Shown here piece by piece: positions 1 through 13,386 of a stretch of 64,000 nt of DNA. Made by a program: the position numbers and the translations under genes. How positions within the stretch are numbered: position 1 is the first letter of the stretch; each line of letters opens with the position of its first letter. The stretch covers positions 96,040,001-96,104,000 of the forward strand of contig NC_086108.1 of NCBI RefSeq assembly GCF_963921235.1, given 5' to 3'. Source of the stretch: Mobula hypostoma (lineage: Eukaryota). The notes under the pieces are model-generated. The model saw nothing but the letters and a program-made list of their open reading frames with translations, searched no databases and was not told where the DNA came from.

Positions 1-1322
1 TTATGGGGTAGGCAAGGACAAGGGGAAATCTAAACCTGTTATGGTGGCCAGGAGGTGGTGAGTGCAGATGTCCAGGAACTGGAGGAGATCCAGGTAGCAT
101 CAATAGTAGAGAAAGGGAATGCTGTTCCTTGAAGGAGGACATCTCAGACATTCTGGAATGGAAAGCCTTGCCCTGAGAACAGATGTGGTAGAGACAGAGG
201 AAGTGAGAGAAGGGAATAGCATTTTCACAAGTGACAGGGTGAGAAGTAGCAATAGTCTAAGGAATCAATTAAACACAAGAAAGAGGCTGAAATCCGGATC
301 TTGATGCTCAACAGGATTGTGAAAGCCACAAACATCAAAAGCATTGATGTACTTATTGTTTCAATTAGACCCATCTTTTGAGGGTAACACAAGAGTTAAA
401 AGGGATATAGATAGTGCTTTGAATCCTTAAGCAGAAACGCATGATGAAATAAAGAGAAAAGGCTTCATAGCTTCCTATAACAATAACAAAACTAACCCAA
501 CAATAAAACCATTGGGACAAACACAAACCCATGCCCCTTCCTTGGAAAAATATTACTCTCAGCCTCTCCTCCCTTTCTAACCACTTAACCTCAACAGTTG
601 GTAGTCCAAAGTTATCAAGATTACCACATTGTAGGCTAAATAGCCTGTCCCATGCTGCATTGTTCTATGTTCATGTCATCTTTAAAACCACCATCTATCT
701 CACACACAATAACATCAATCATTGGTGTAGCATCCAGCATGATGCCAGGAAATGCTTCTCACCTTTCTCATGAATGTTATATTAAAAGGATTTTTTCTAT
801 TGCTTTGCTAACTCTTATCATTACCCTTATTAGTCTGCCCAAAATGTCACACCTCACACTTATCTGGATGAAATTAAAATTAGTCCCACTATCCTGCAAA
901 TTGGAAAGATACTAAGCACGAAAATAGAAAGCTCAAGATGAAACCCAGGCTTTTCACAAGTGGACCTTTGGTTATCAAATACACTGCAAGTGTTCAAGGT
1001 GATGGAGTATTTAATAATACAATTGTGAAAAATATGATAACAACATTTAAAAAATTTCCCGTAGGAAATTCAACATTGCAGTTGAAACAACAAAGATTTC
1101 TCCAGGAATATACAACTACCCCTCCCTTGTCCTGCCTTATTAGTGTCTTGAGAAAGAAATTCTAGGATTCCTCCAAAACAATGGTTCAGAACCTGGCATC
1201 CTTGGTTAATGGCATTGGTCCATGGCATAAAAGGAGTTGGAAAACCCAGCTCCAAAATGAGGTGATACTATTTGACGTCAACCCAATGATCAACTTTGAG
1301 TTCAACTAAGATTATTCTAATT

Positions 1323-2228
1323 CAGGGGTCCCTAATCTTCTTTGCACCGCGGACCGGTTTAATATTGACAATATTCTTGCGGACCGGCCGACCAGGGCCA
1401 GGGGTGGGGGGGGGGGGTGGTGGGTGTTAATCACGACCGGAATATAGGTGATAAGTCAACTATGAGTCACTTGTGGCTAATACACTCAATTTCATTTCTA
1501 AAAGGGTTTACCTAACAAATTTAATATTAAACACAACGCATATTTTCCTCGCATGACTATTGATAAGTCAATTATAAGTCAATAGCATCATAACATTTTA
1601 AGTTTAGATATTAAACACACAGCGCATATTTTCCTCTTATGAACATATAAAATCATTGCAACACACCAGTATTGCTGAATCAGCGGGAGCCCTGGACTTG
1701 TTTTCCTGCAACAATACGGTCCCATCGAGGGGTGATGGGAGACAGTGATACTCGAAGGGGGTTCCTTATGTCCAGTCTATTCCGCAATTTAGTTTTCGTT
1801 GCATTCATTGCAGCAAACTCTGCTTCGCAGAGATATGTTGGAAATGGAAGCCATGTTTTCAGTGCTTTCGTGGCTATCTCAGGATATTCAGCCTCGACTT
1901 TGATCCGGAATGCCAGCAGAGATGTTATGTCAAACATACTTTTCAGCCCACCATCATTTGCAAGCTCGAGGAGTTGATCTTTTTCTCGCACTGACATAGA
2001 TGATTCACCGGGGACATTCACAAGTGGGTCACGGACCCATTCCTTTGCACGTCTTGGGTCATTTGCGTCTTCGGTCACTAACGACCTCTCGTGCGTTCAA
2101 GTTCAACACTGCATGACAGGGAATGAGGAAAGGTGCAGCTGACTCATATCGTTTCATATCGCCAAATCATATTGTTTCCTCGCGGCCCGGTAGCACATGC
2201 TTTGCAGCCCGGTGGTTGGGGACCACTG
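1323..2228 (-). mobile_element. hAT (Buster/Charlie-like) internally deleted DNA transposon with C-terminal transposase remnant
   Basis: Termini CAGGGGTCCC...GGGGACCACTG; 8-bp TSD ttctaatt/ttgtaatt (nnnTAnnn). ORF 1680-2078(-) has the hAT dimerisation-type motif EYPEIATKALKTWLPFPTYLCEAEF...KTKLRNRL. Confidence 0.9.
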
Positions 2229-2578
2229 TTGTAATTGACACCAACTGCTTTCATCACCTTAGGTAACTCAGGACCATTCATTACATATTTGATAACAGAA
2301 AAGAGTAAATCTAAAACAAAGGGAATTGTTGGAAGCACTCAGTAGGTCTTGTATTCTATTGTCATTTCTATTTCAACAAGACCCAGTCTCCAAGTCTTTA
2401 GATGAGGGGAAAACTACTAAATCAGTCAGCCTCAATCACACATCCTATGATCTTTGTAATGATTTTGGAAATCTTACCAGACTGAGACTATACTATAGAA
2501 AAAGACCGTCACCTTTCTTTCCTCCAATGTACAGTTACAGAGCTATATACAAGATGAGAAATATATCCATTTGATTAC

Positions 2579-2708
2579 CTGATCCTTTTCCATGAATTGC
2601 TCTTTTATTAGCCACTGGAAGTTCTATTTCATCTTGTGGCATTTTTGCCACCCTCTGTAAAAATAGCTTCTCTAGTGTTTGTGCCATTAGAACTATATCA
2701 TCACCTGG
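2579..2708 (-). CDS. BRDT: BRDT coding exon 3 (end of BD1, 130 bp)
   Basis: Acceptor tttttcttgtag, then [43 protein letters not shown], then donor GTAATC (phase 1). In frame with the previous exon. Confidence 0.92.
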
Positions 2709-2786
2709 CTACAAGAAAAACATTGGTTATATTGATAATGATACAACCATTAAAACTTTCACAGAACAAATTAAGTAATTTCATAC

Positions 2787-2924
2787 CCGATTATATACGT
2801 AACAGTTGGTAAACATTGTATTTATGTCTTCTATACACTCCATAGCTTTACAATAATATTTATTTTCCAAGCGTTTTTTGATTGTACCCAGATCCATTGG
2901 CTTCTTTGTTATTTGATAATAATC
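2787..2924 (-). CDS. BRDT: BRDT coding exon 2 (BD1 core, 138 bp)
   Basis: Read by hand: acceptor ttttctttctctcag, then [46 protein letters not shown], then donor GTATGA. ENKYYxKAxECIED is BRDT-like, versus ENNYYWxAxECxQD in BRD2/3/4. Confidence 0.92.
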
Positions 2925-3819
2925 CTGAGAGAAAGAAAACATTGATGTTGAGATTGGAACCAGTTTTAGTTTTTTTTCCTTCTATTAGTTCATTAATTTA
3001 GCAGCACAGTCTGTAAATTTTAAGAAAATACAACTCTAAAACATCCCAAACACATTAAACACACTACAAATCTTTGATGCTTGTTATTCAATATAAAATT
3101 TGAATTTCACTCAACTTACAAAGAAAATAGTTGATCAAACATTTTAATATTCCACATGATGATACAACATGGTTACTTTTTTTTGAAAAATGAGGACTTA
3201 TCAAGTAGAATGAAGTACTGAGACATCAAGAAATGAAAATGGGAATCTTAAAATAGGAGGGAATGTAAAATAATTTTGATCAAATGTTTCTTAAGGTACA
3301 TTTAATGTCAGAGAAATGTTTATAATATACATCCTGAAATTCTTTTTCTTCGTAACCATCCACGAAAAGAGGAGTACCCCAAAGAATGATTGACAGTAAA
3401 ATGTTAGAACCCCAAAGTCCCCCACCCCAGCTCCCCCCCCACACTCAAGCAGCAGCAAAGCAACAATCCCCCCTTCCCCACCAGCAAAGAAAGCATCGGC
3501 ACCCCCCACCGAGCACTCAAGCATGCAGCAAAGCATCAATAAAGACACAGACTTGCAGTACCCCAAAGACCACTCGTTCAGTAATTCGATATACCACAGG
3601 CTCTCCCTAATAAGAGAAAAAGACGTGTCTCCGTTTCAGTAAGCACCATTCACGTTTCAGTACAACAGGAATTTTAGTGCCAAGGACTGAAATATAGACA
3701 TTATGAAAGACATCCTAATACTTACCAATGATAGAGTAATGGGTCTGGATTGAGGAAAATGTGTCCATAATGTTGAGAAAACAAAATGTGACAATATGAA
3801 CCAGATTACAGAAATACAT

Positions 3820-4445
3820 TTAGATTAGATTAGATTATGAGGACACGCAGTCCTCTTTTATTGTCATTTAGTAATGCATGGATTTAGAAATGATACAATA
3901 TTCCTCCGGTGTGATATCACAAAAACACAGGACAGACCAAGACTGAAAAACTAACAAAAACCACATAATTATAACATACAACAGTGCAACAATACCATAA
4001 CTTGATGACGAACAGGTCATGGCACAGTAAAAAAGTTCAAAGTCTCTCGAATGTCCCACATCTCAAGCAGACGGGAGAAGGAAGAAAACTCTCCCTGCCA
4101 TGCCCGACCACAGTCCGACTCCGAGTCGTCCGAAAACTTTGAGCCTCCGATCAGCCCTCTGACACCGAGTAACGAGCGCTGTCTCTACCCGAACAATTCG
4201 ACCTCAGTCTCCGTCGCCAACAGCAGGCAAAGCCAGGGATTTTGGGGCCTTTCCTCCGGAAGATTCTCAATCACCCAGTAACAGCGGCAGCGAACTGGCA
4301 TTTCAGAAATTTCTCCAGATGTTCCTCTGTGCTTTCACGTCCGTCTCCATCAAATCAGAATTGTCCACGGCCCCTATTTAACAGATACGATATCATTTCA
4401 CCGGAGAGCTGCGCGTGCTGCGTCGTGTTGCCATCTTCTCCTCCC
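3820..4445 (-). repeat. Unclassified non-autonomous retroelement with (TCTAA)n tail
   Basis: 3' part is the reverse complement of about 6640-6930; the minus-strand 5' end begins GGAGGAGAAGATGGC. Confidence 0.6.
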
Positions 4446-5227
4446 GCCAAATTTTGAAATGAAAACTAAATACTCTCAAAGATTTCAAATATTAACTCTC
4501 CACCAATCTCCTAACCACTCAGACGCAACCTGACATGCTCAATATTGCAATTTTTAATCTCAGAATTCCAGTATTCGTTGCAGTTGTCCAATTCACTGGA
4601 TGTCCGGATTGAAATATTTCCTGGAAGTGTACATGCAAACAATTAAGTGCAGATTAAAAAGTGATAAAACTAGGATTTGGTAGAGTAGTTGTTCCTCTCT
4701 GCGCTGTGTGGCACATTGGGCAGCAAACTTGCCATTTCTTTCACATTTGTTTGTTGTTTATTTTTTTTTAAAAAAAACAAGGCTGATTTGCTAGCTCAAT
4801 GCTGAACCCAACATGAAAAGAAAGCGTGCAAGGAGCTGGCCAAATTTGAACCCAGGACCACTCCCCTCCAGTGCCAGTGCAGATGCCATTACACCCATGG
4901 TGGAGTAAATTAGCTATACATTTCTGCAAAGGATAATGTATGGGTCTAGACTAATTATGCAAAGAATGAAAAGTCAAATCCACCACTGGGAGCATCTGCA
5001 GATTTCCTCGTGTTTGTGTTTTTAAATTTACATTGAGGTTTTTTTTTTAAGATACAAAAATAAATGGATAAATGGTAATAATTTGACTAGAAAGTTGTTA
5101 TACTAGTTACAAAATTCCTTGAAAAATCAAACCTGGAACTTTAAACTCTGGTTTACTCTTCCCTGACATTGATGTATCAAGACTTATTCTAATTATATCT
5201 GCAATACATCACCATCTTTTCAATAAC

Positions 5228-5740
5228 CAGTTCTAGTCGCCTCACTATAGGAAGGATGTGGAAGCATTGGAAAGGGTACAGAGGAGATTTACCAGGATGC
5301 TGTCTGGTTTAGAGAGTATGCATTATGATCAGAGATTAAAGGAGCTAGGGCTTTACTCTTTGGAGAGAAGGAAGATGAGAGGAGACATGATAGAGGTGTA
5401 CAAGATAATAAGAGGAATAGATAGAGTGGATAGCAAGCTCCTCTTCCCCAGGGCACCACTGCTCAATACAAGAGGAGATGGCTTCAAGGTAAGGGGTGGG
5501 AAGTTCAAGGGGGATATTAGAGGAAGGTTTGTTTTTTTTTTAATTCAGAGAGTGGTTGGTGCATGGAATGCACTGCCTGAGTCAGTGGTGGAGGGAGATA
5601 CAAGTGAAGTTTAAGAGACTACTAGACAGGTATATGGAGGAATTTAAGGTGGGGGCTTATATGGGAGGCAGGGTTTGAGGGTCAGCACAACATTGTGGGC
5701 CAAAGGGCCTGTTCCATGCTGTACTATTCTATGTTCTATA
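5228..5740 (+). mobile_element. CR1 3' fragment
   Basis: ALERVQRRFTRML...TRG..FKVRGGKF; near-identical to 22395-22900. Confidence 0.88.
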
Positions 5741-7500
5741 AGGTGAACTCGCCCTTGAATTTCCCCATAAAGAATAGTATTTTTAAAAACAAAGTTATAG
5801 AAAATTTCCAATATAGATTGTTTTAAATGATGTCAAGTATCAGAGAGGAATAAAGAGTCTATAGATAAATATTTCAAATAGCCGTGTTATTTCCACTGCA
5901 GCCAAAGTCAAAAGAACTGTATAAAGTTGCTGGCAAACTAACTTTTGATGAAGCATATGGTAAAGGTCTTTCCTCTTCTGGCTGGCCAGTCAGATAATAA
6001 AAGGCATCTAATTAAAGCATCTTAGAAAAGAAAAATTCAAGGGTGATTAGGAAGAACTGCTGTCAACGAATGATGGAATATGGCTGAATCATCTCATCTT
6101 TGCTTTCCAACATTTAGAGAGCCCTTGTGATAATATGGCACAATACAAAAAAAACTAATTACATAGAACACAGGAAAATACAGGCCTTCAGTCCACCACG
6201 TTTTGCCAAACATTTAACAAACTAAAATCAATCTAACCCTTCCCTCCGACATAGCACCCAGCCTAAGTTTCTTAATGCCTTTAATGTATCTGCCTTTACC
6301 ACCACCCTGGCAGGGCGTTCCATGCACTCACCATTCCGTAAAAAACTTACCACTCAGTGTTTAAAGAAAAAAAAACCTCTGACACCTCCCTAATACTTTC
6401 CTCCAATCACCTTAAAATGATGCGCTCTCATATTAGTCATTTCCATTTTGGGTAAATGTCTACAGCCTCTTATCATCTTGTACACCTCTATCAAGCCCTA
6501 GCTTGCTCAAGCTATCTTCATAAGACATGCTGTCTAATCCAGGCAGCTTCCTAGTAAATCTTCTCAGCATCCTTACTGAAGCTTCCACAACCTTCCTATC
6601 ATGAGGCGACCAAAACTAAACACAATAAACACAGCGCTGGAAGCTCATGGTAGGGAGTTTCTCCCTTCTACCAGCTGCGTGAGATGTTGGGGCTATCGGG
6701 ACTTTGAGACTTTTTTTTTTAAACTGTGCCCATGGTCTGCTCTTATCAAATTACGGTATTGCTTTGCACTGTTGTAACTATATGTTATAATTATGTGGTT
6801 TTTGCAGTTTTAGTCTTGGTCTTGTGTTTCTGTGACATCATACCGGAGGAACATTGTATCATTTTTTAATGCATGCATTTCTAAATGACAATAAACGAGG
6901 ACTAAGTGTTCTCATAATCTAATCTAATCTATTCTAATATTCCCAGTGTGACCTAGCCAGCATTACCCTACGGCTTCAATTAGATTGACTCTTATGTTTA
7001 GGTTTGTTTTTCAGAGTTCCTGCTTTCCACACTTATCCAACATTCAAATAAGGCAATGAACTTTCAAAGTCTTCTAGCGTTTGAATTGCTCTGCCTCACT
7101 ATGCAGGTCAATTCTTCTTTCAGAGAAAGAGAATTAACTTGTGCAAAATGTGTTCATCGAAGACAACTAGGAAGAACAATGGACTAAAATTTTAAATCAG
7201 CAAGAAAATCCTATCAGCACCATGATAGTGGGTACCCACAAGTGTAAAATGCTTGTGCAGATTGTTTTATTATATAGTATTTACTACATCGGCGTCTGCT
7301 GCCAGTATTATTTACAATTGCTACAAAGACAGCCTGCCCATATACCCAAAATAAAACAGTTTAATTTTGTTACAGATACAGTTCAAATGTTTGATCTTCA
7401 ACCTCATGACTGACGTGCTGAGCAATTTGTTAATTGCGGCTACTGAATAAAACAGGATGGTGTAAAAAGTGTTGTGAACAGATAAAAATATCATACTTAC

Positions 7501-7704
7501 AGGCAAGTTTAGCTTCACAGCATCAACAGGTTGCTGGAATGGCCACGCAAAATGGTGTTTCCACAAAGCTTTAACCACCACGTTCTGCAAATATTGCAGC
7601 TGATTTGTCATGCGGCTAGGTTTATTTGGATTGCAGTACGCTGGTGGCTGTGGATTCACAAGTGTACGCTCATGCATAGCTCTTATATCTTCAGTTGATG
7701 TCAT
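7501..7704 (-). CDS. BRDT: BET bromodomain protein, first coding exon (N-terminus and start of BD1), most likely BRDT
   Basis: Translates [68 protein letters not shown] (BET motifs [20 protein letters not shown]). It is followed by a GTAAGT donor (7495-7500, phase 0). The short N-terminus is as in BRDT/BRD3. Confidence 0.92.
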
Positions 7705-10647
7705 TTTGAATTTAAGTTCCTCAAAGCCAATAGTTTTTCCTTACATTTTCATTTGACGGCCTTGGCCATTTATTAAATCCATTACAACTTCACAATGTAT
7801 CTGCTAAATGTGAACAGTACAGTTTTAGAATCATAGCAATTGTTGAAACTAAGCAGTTTAGGAAATAAAATGCAAATAAATACAGTACATCTCAAATTAA
7901 TAGCCTCAACTAGTACTGAAATCATGGTTGCATAAATACTACGACTACAGAATTACCACTGGATCTTAAACAAGCTTCAGCAAAAGTTTCAATGATGAAA
8001 ATGCCAAAACACAATTTAAAAACAAAAGACATTTTGCTTTTGTCCTTTTGGAGAAATCAGACATTTTAAAGGCTGAAAATACTGTGAGCATCCTGTTAAT
8101 ATGGAACAATACTGAGGTGGACTTAAATATCATTATGATCGCTTGAGATATACTGTTAGGCAAACAACTGGGGCAAAAAAGCTTTAAAAAAGTCCCCTGG
8201 CCCGGATGGCTTGCATCCCCATTGAATTTGTTAAGGATGCGACAATGCAAATTGATAAAGGCAAAGCACTGGATGTGGTTTATATGGATTTTAGTAAAGC
8301 ATTTGATACAATTCCCCATGGTTGGCCCTCTCGGAATGTCAGGAGGTATGGGATGCAGAAAAACTTGGCTGTGTGGATACTGCACTGGCTTGCCCATAGA
8401 AGACAAAGGGTGGTTGCAGATGGACCATATGCTTGGAGGTTAGTGACCATTGGAGTTTCGCGGGAATCTGTTGCAGGATCCCTGCTCTTTGTGATTTTTA
8501 TAGTGACTTGGATGAGGAAGTGGAAGGGTGGGTTAGTAAGTTTGCAGATGACACAGAGGTTGGTGGAGTGGTAGGTTGCAATGGGATTTTGACAGGATAT
8601 TGACAGGAGCTGGGCTGAGAAGTGGCAGATGGAATTCAGCCTGGAAAACAGTGAAATGATTCACTTTGAAAAGATCAAATTTGCAAGCAGAAGACCTTAA
8701 AAAGGTCAAACACTCACCAATCCGAATTCAGAGGTCATTGGTGGAAAGCGGGAGCAGTTTCAGATTCCTGGCCATCAAAATCTCTAAGGATCTATCCTGG
8801 GCCTACCATACTGATGCAATCACAATGAAGGCACACCAGTGATATCTCATTCAGAGTTTGAAGAGCTTTGGTATGTCACAGATTAGCAAATTTCAACAAA
8901 AGTACCGTGGAGAGCATTCTGACTGGTATCATCTTGTATGGAGGTACCAATGCACAGGATTGCAAGAGGCTAGAGAGGGTTGTAGACTCCATTATGGGCA
9001 CAAGCCTCCCCACCACTGAAGGCATCTTCCAAAGACTGCCTCAAGAAGGTGGCACTCACCATGCGGGACATGCTCGCTTCTCATTGCTAGCATCGGGCTG
9101 GTGGTACAGGAGCATGAAGACCCCCAAAATTCCCCTCTGCTATCAGATTTATGAATGGTCCATGAACAATACCTCACTATTCCTCTTTTACACTACAGTA
9201 TTTGTATTGTAACTTACAGCAATTTTGGTATGCCTGCACTGTACTGCTGCCACAAAACAAATTCTGACAAAAAGTTAATACAGAAGTAATTCGATCTTGT
9301 TGAATTATCCATTTTAGTATATTATTTGTCTCATGATCATTTTGAGACCAAGTCCCCTAGTTCCAGTCTCATTCACCAGTGTCAACAACTCTCCTGCTTC
9401 TATCTTATCTACCCTTTTCATAATTTTGTTTCTATAAGATCTCTTCTCATTCTTCTGAATACCAATGAGTAGTCCCAGGCAACTTAATCTCTCCTCACAG
9501 GCTCATGCTCATCTCTGGAATCACCACCTCCAAAGTTAGTACATCTTTCCTTAAGTCTGTGTCTGAAGTCTCCGTCAATCAGAGTTGACCATAGATATTG
9601 TGTCCTAGCTGTCTAGATATGCAAGCCTAGGTAGTACGATATGGAGAGCAAGCTGTTGCCCGTGTAGCAAGATCCCTGTCCATGCATCTGATATACCCTA
9701 AGGAACAGCAGAGACTGATACAGTTTGGTACCAGCAGCATCGCAGGAGTTGTCAGTCAACAATGAACTCAATGCAAGACTGCCTTAGGGACTCCAGCTCC
9801 CGATTTTTCCCCTCAGGTTTTACTCCCATTGCCTTCCCCATGAGTTGATGTAGCCACAAGGCAGTGGAGATTAGAGGTCAGAGTTTTCCATCTCCTAGAT
9901 GAGCTGCCAACCACGGCTGACGAGCAAGTAGTTTTAAAGCACCAGTAATCTGCCTTTACCCCTTTTCCTGTCAGTAGAAACGATTTCACTGGGCTTAGTA
10001 GCTAAGCCACACGTGAAGGCCAGGAGCTGGACTTGGTTATCAGAAGCTATTTGAGGCGCACACCATCAGGGGCATTTAATAGGTAGTGTCCCCATTACCA
10101 CCCCTGGCTATAACAATCTTAAGGAGACTGGAATTGCACACAATATTCCTGATATAGCCTCACTTAAACCCACTACATTTGCAGTATAACCTCCCTGATC
10201 TTAAATTCAATCCTTCTAGTAATGAAGACCAACATTTCATTTGCTTTCTTTATAACCTGTTGCAGCTGTAAATCAACCTTCTAGGATTCATGCACACGCA
10301 CACTCAAGTCCATCTGTACAAATGAATACTGGAATCTTCTACCATTTAAATAATATGATCTTCTATTTTTCCTTTCAAATTCAATAACTGTATATTTACC
10401 AACATTGCATTCCATCTGCCAGACCCTTTCCCACTCAGTCAACTTGTATGCACTCAGCAGTCATCATTAAAAAAAAACCAAGAGATTCCGCAGATGCTGA
10501 AAATCCAGAACATACAAATTGCTGGAGGAACTCTGCTGGTGAGGCAGCATCTATGGAAATGCATAGAGTCGATGTTCCTGATGAAGGGTCTCAGCCTTAT
10601 TTCCATAGAGCATCTGCTGAGTTCCTCCAGTATTTTGTGTGTGTTAC

Positions 10648-11073
10648 ACTCCACAACCACTTTAATAGGTAATGCAGGGTTATCCAAGTTACTGTCACCC
10701 TTCTGTCAGCTTGAACCAGTCTGGCCATTCTCCTCTCACCTTTCTCATTAACAGGGCATATAACCCTGCTCACTGGATGTCCTTTTTTTTTTCTTTGGCA
10801 CCATTCTCTGTAAACTCTAGGGAGACTGTTGTGCATGAATATCCCAGGACATCAGCAGTTTCTGAGATACTCAAACCACTCCATCTGGCACACTCACTCC
10901 ATGGTCAAAGTCACTTAGGTCACATTTCTTCCCATTCTGATGTTCACTCTGAACAACTAAACCTTTTGACCATGTCTGTCTGCATTTATGTAATGAGTTG
11001 CTACCTCATGATTGGCTGATTAGACATTTGCATTAACAAGGTGCAAAGGGGTACCTAAAGTGGCCACTAAGTG
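10648..11073 (-). mobile_element. Non-autonomous Tc1-like element
   Basis: CAGTGGCCACTTT-type termini; HTH remnant RVYREWC; same family as 53364-53910 and 63035-63570. Confidence 0.7.
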
Positions 11074-11534
11074 CATATCTCTATAGATTCTCCACACCTT
11101 TACACAATTTGCATATCCACTATTTACTGTTATCAGCAAACTTGGATCGCTATACTTAATCCCTCTTCTATATCATTTATGTATATCATAAACAGTTGCA
11201 GGCCAGCACCAACCCCTGTCCAACTCCACTCTTCACTGCTAACCGGAGAAACATCCATTCCTTCTCTGCTTTCTACTGGCTAACCAATCCTCTATCCATG
11301 CTAATACATTACCTTCAATTGCATGGATCCTTATCTTATGGACAAGTATTTCATGTGGCACCTTATCAAATGCCTTCTGGAAATCCATGCATACAACATC
11401 CACCTGTTCCCCTCTACCCATTGCATTCAAATAACTCCAGTGAGTTTGTCAAACTTGTCCTTCATGAATCCAAGCTGTATCTGCCTGATGGAATCACTTT
11501 TATCCAGATGTCTATTTTTTCCCCTAATGAGGGC

Positions 11535-12815
11535 ATGGGTAGCACTTATTCTTGGAAGCGGAACAAGTGCTGGGAGGGAGATTGGTGAGAAGGTATGGGG
11601 GGGACGGACGAATGGACAAGGCAGTCGCGTAGGGAGCAATCCCAGTGGAAAGTAGAAGTGGGGGGGGTAGGGAAAGATGTGCTTAGTCGTGGGATCCCGT
11701 TGGAGGTGGCAGAAGTTACGGAGAATTATATGTTGGACCCAGAGGCTAGTGGGGTGGTAGGTGAGGACAAGAATGGGGTGAAAGCAGATGTGCGTGAAAT
11801 GGGAGAGATGCGTTTGAGAGCAGAGTTGATGGTGGAGGAAGGGAAGCCCCTTTCTCTAAAAAAAGGATATCTCCTTCGTCCTGGAATGAAAAGCCTCATC
11901 CTGAGAGCAGATGCGGCCCTTATACTTCCTCCGTCACCACTATTCAGGACTTATCCTTGTAAGTGGAACAAGTGCTACACATGCCCTTACACTTCCTCCC
12001 TCACCACCATTCAGGGCCCCAGACAGTCCTTCCAGGTGAGGCGACACTTCATCTGTGAGTCGGCTGGGGTGATGTACTGCGTCCGGTGCTCCGGATGTGG
12101 CCTTCTATACATTGGTGAGACCCAACGCAGACTGGGAGATCATTTTGCTGAACACCTACGCTCTGTCCACCAGAGAAAGCAGGATCTCCCAGTGGCCACA
12201 CATTTTAATTCCGCATCCCATTCCCATTCTGATATGTCTATCCACGCCTCCTCTACTATCAAGATGAAGCCACACTCAGGTTGGAGGAACAACACCTTAT
12301 ATTCCGTCTGGGTGGCCTCCAATCTGATGGCATGAACATTGACTTCTCTAACTTCTGTTAATGCCCCACCTCCCCTTTGTCCCCCATCTCTTATTTATTT
12401 ATTATCATTGATTCCTCCCCCGCCCCTTTTTTCCTCCTCTCTTTTTTCTCCCTCTGTCCCTCTCACTATACTCTTTGCCCATCCTCTGGGCTACTTCCCC
12501 TTCCCCTTTCTTTCTCCCTAGGCCTCCCATCCCACGATCCTCCCCCTTCTCCAGCTCTGTATCCCTTTTGCCAATCAACTTTCCAGCTCTTAGCTCCATC
12601 CCTCCCCCTCCTGTCTTCTCCTATCATTTCAGATCTCCCCCTCCCACTTTCAAATCTCTTACTTTCTCTTCTTTCTGTTAGTCCTGACGAAGGGTCTCGG
12701 CCCGAAACCTCGACTGTACCTTTTCCTATAGATGCTGCCTGGCCTGCTGCGTTCTCCAGCATTTTTTGTGTGTGTTGCTTGAATTTCCAGCATCTGCAGA
12801 TTTCCTCATGTTTGC
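11535..12815 (+). mobile_element. Penelope-like element 3' fragment (GIY-YIG + pLTR) with inverted 5' segment
   Basis: GIY-YIG motif VMYCVRCSGCGLLYIGETQRRLGDHFAEH preceded by the CxxC linker (PCKWNKCYTC); about 11535-11915 is inverted; pyrimidine-rich tract then hammerhead-containing 3' end. Confidence 0.88.
12680..12715 (+). ncRNA. Minimal type I hammerhead ribozyme in Penelope pLTR (stem III mutated)
   Basis: AGTC-CTGACGA-A-GGGTCTCGGCCC-GAAAC-CTC-GACT. Confidence 0.75.
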
Positions 12816-13386
12816 GTCTTTCCTTTTGGAGCTGATCTTCTGAACTGCCTGGACGAGATGACATACTTGTGGTGTGAATCGAAGTCTCGAAGGTGCAGTA
12901 ATGGTCAATATCGCTCTTTATTGGTGCATTGGCCATTCAGCCTGAATTCATATCATCCCTAAACTTAGGAATCAAGTTTTTGGTTTCGGAGTCTTAATCA
13001 TGGATACAAATTGTGACCAGCCGTGATCCCAATGCCAATTCCCCTGGTAAATTAGCACCTATGTTCCTCCACAGCCAATGGCTTTCCTTTGCCCCACTAT
13101 CTACCTTCTGTCCTCAGAGCAGTTAGCAATCCATAAACTCTGGACTCATTATTCTACCATTAGATTTCTTACTGAAGACTTCTAGAAAATTTACATTTAC
13201 CTCTACTGCACTACCATTGACTATTTTGTTAACTCCTTAAAATATATATTGTTAGTCAAACTAAATTTTCCCTTTCAAATGGAAAAAATACAAATTATTC
13301 ACATTTTCAAGTAATTCTGGTAACATGTAGCTCAAAAGAAATAGTACGCAAATACATAACAACTGAAACCTTACCTTTGAGTACTG

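Noticed and set aside
1680..2078. Possible domesticated ZBED/SCAND3-like gene
   Set aside because: Only a C-terminal fragment, bounded by TIRs and an 8-bp TSD, so it is a transposon remnant.
1..2578. Further BRDT exons
   Set aside because: No BET motif recognised; the region holds Penelope, LINE and hAT remnants. A poorly conserved linker exon cannot be excluded.
7321..7500. C-terminal half of ORF 7321-7704
   Set aside because: Read-through past the GTAAGT donor into the intron; bromodomain similarity stops at LNLP.
12377..12936. Pro/Ser-rich and Gly/Arg-rich ORFs (also 26581-27195, 46066-46359, 60517-60962)
   Set aside because: Translations of the low-complexity pyrimidine tract of Penelope pLTRs.
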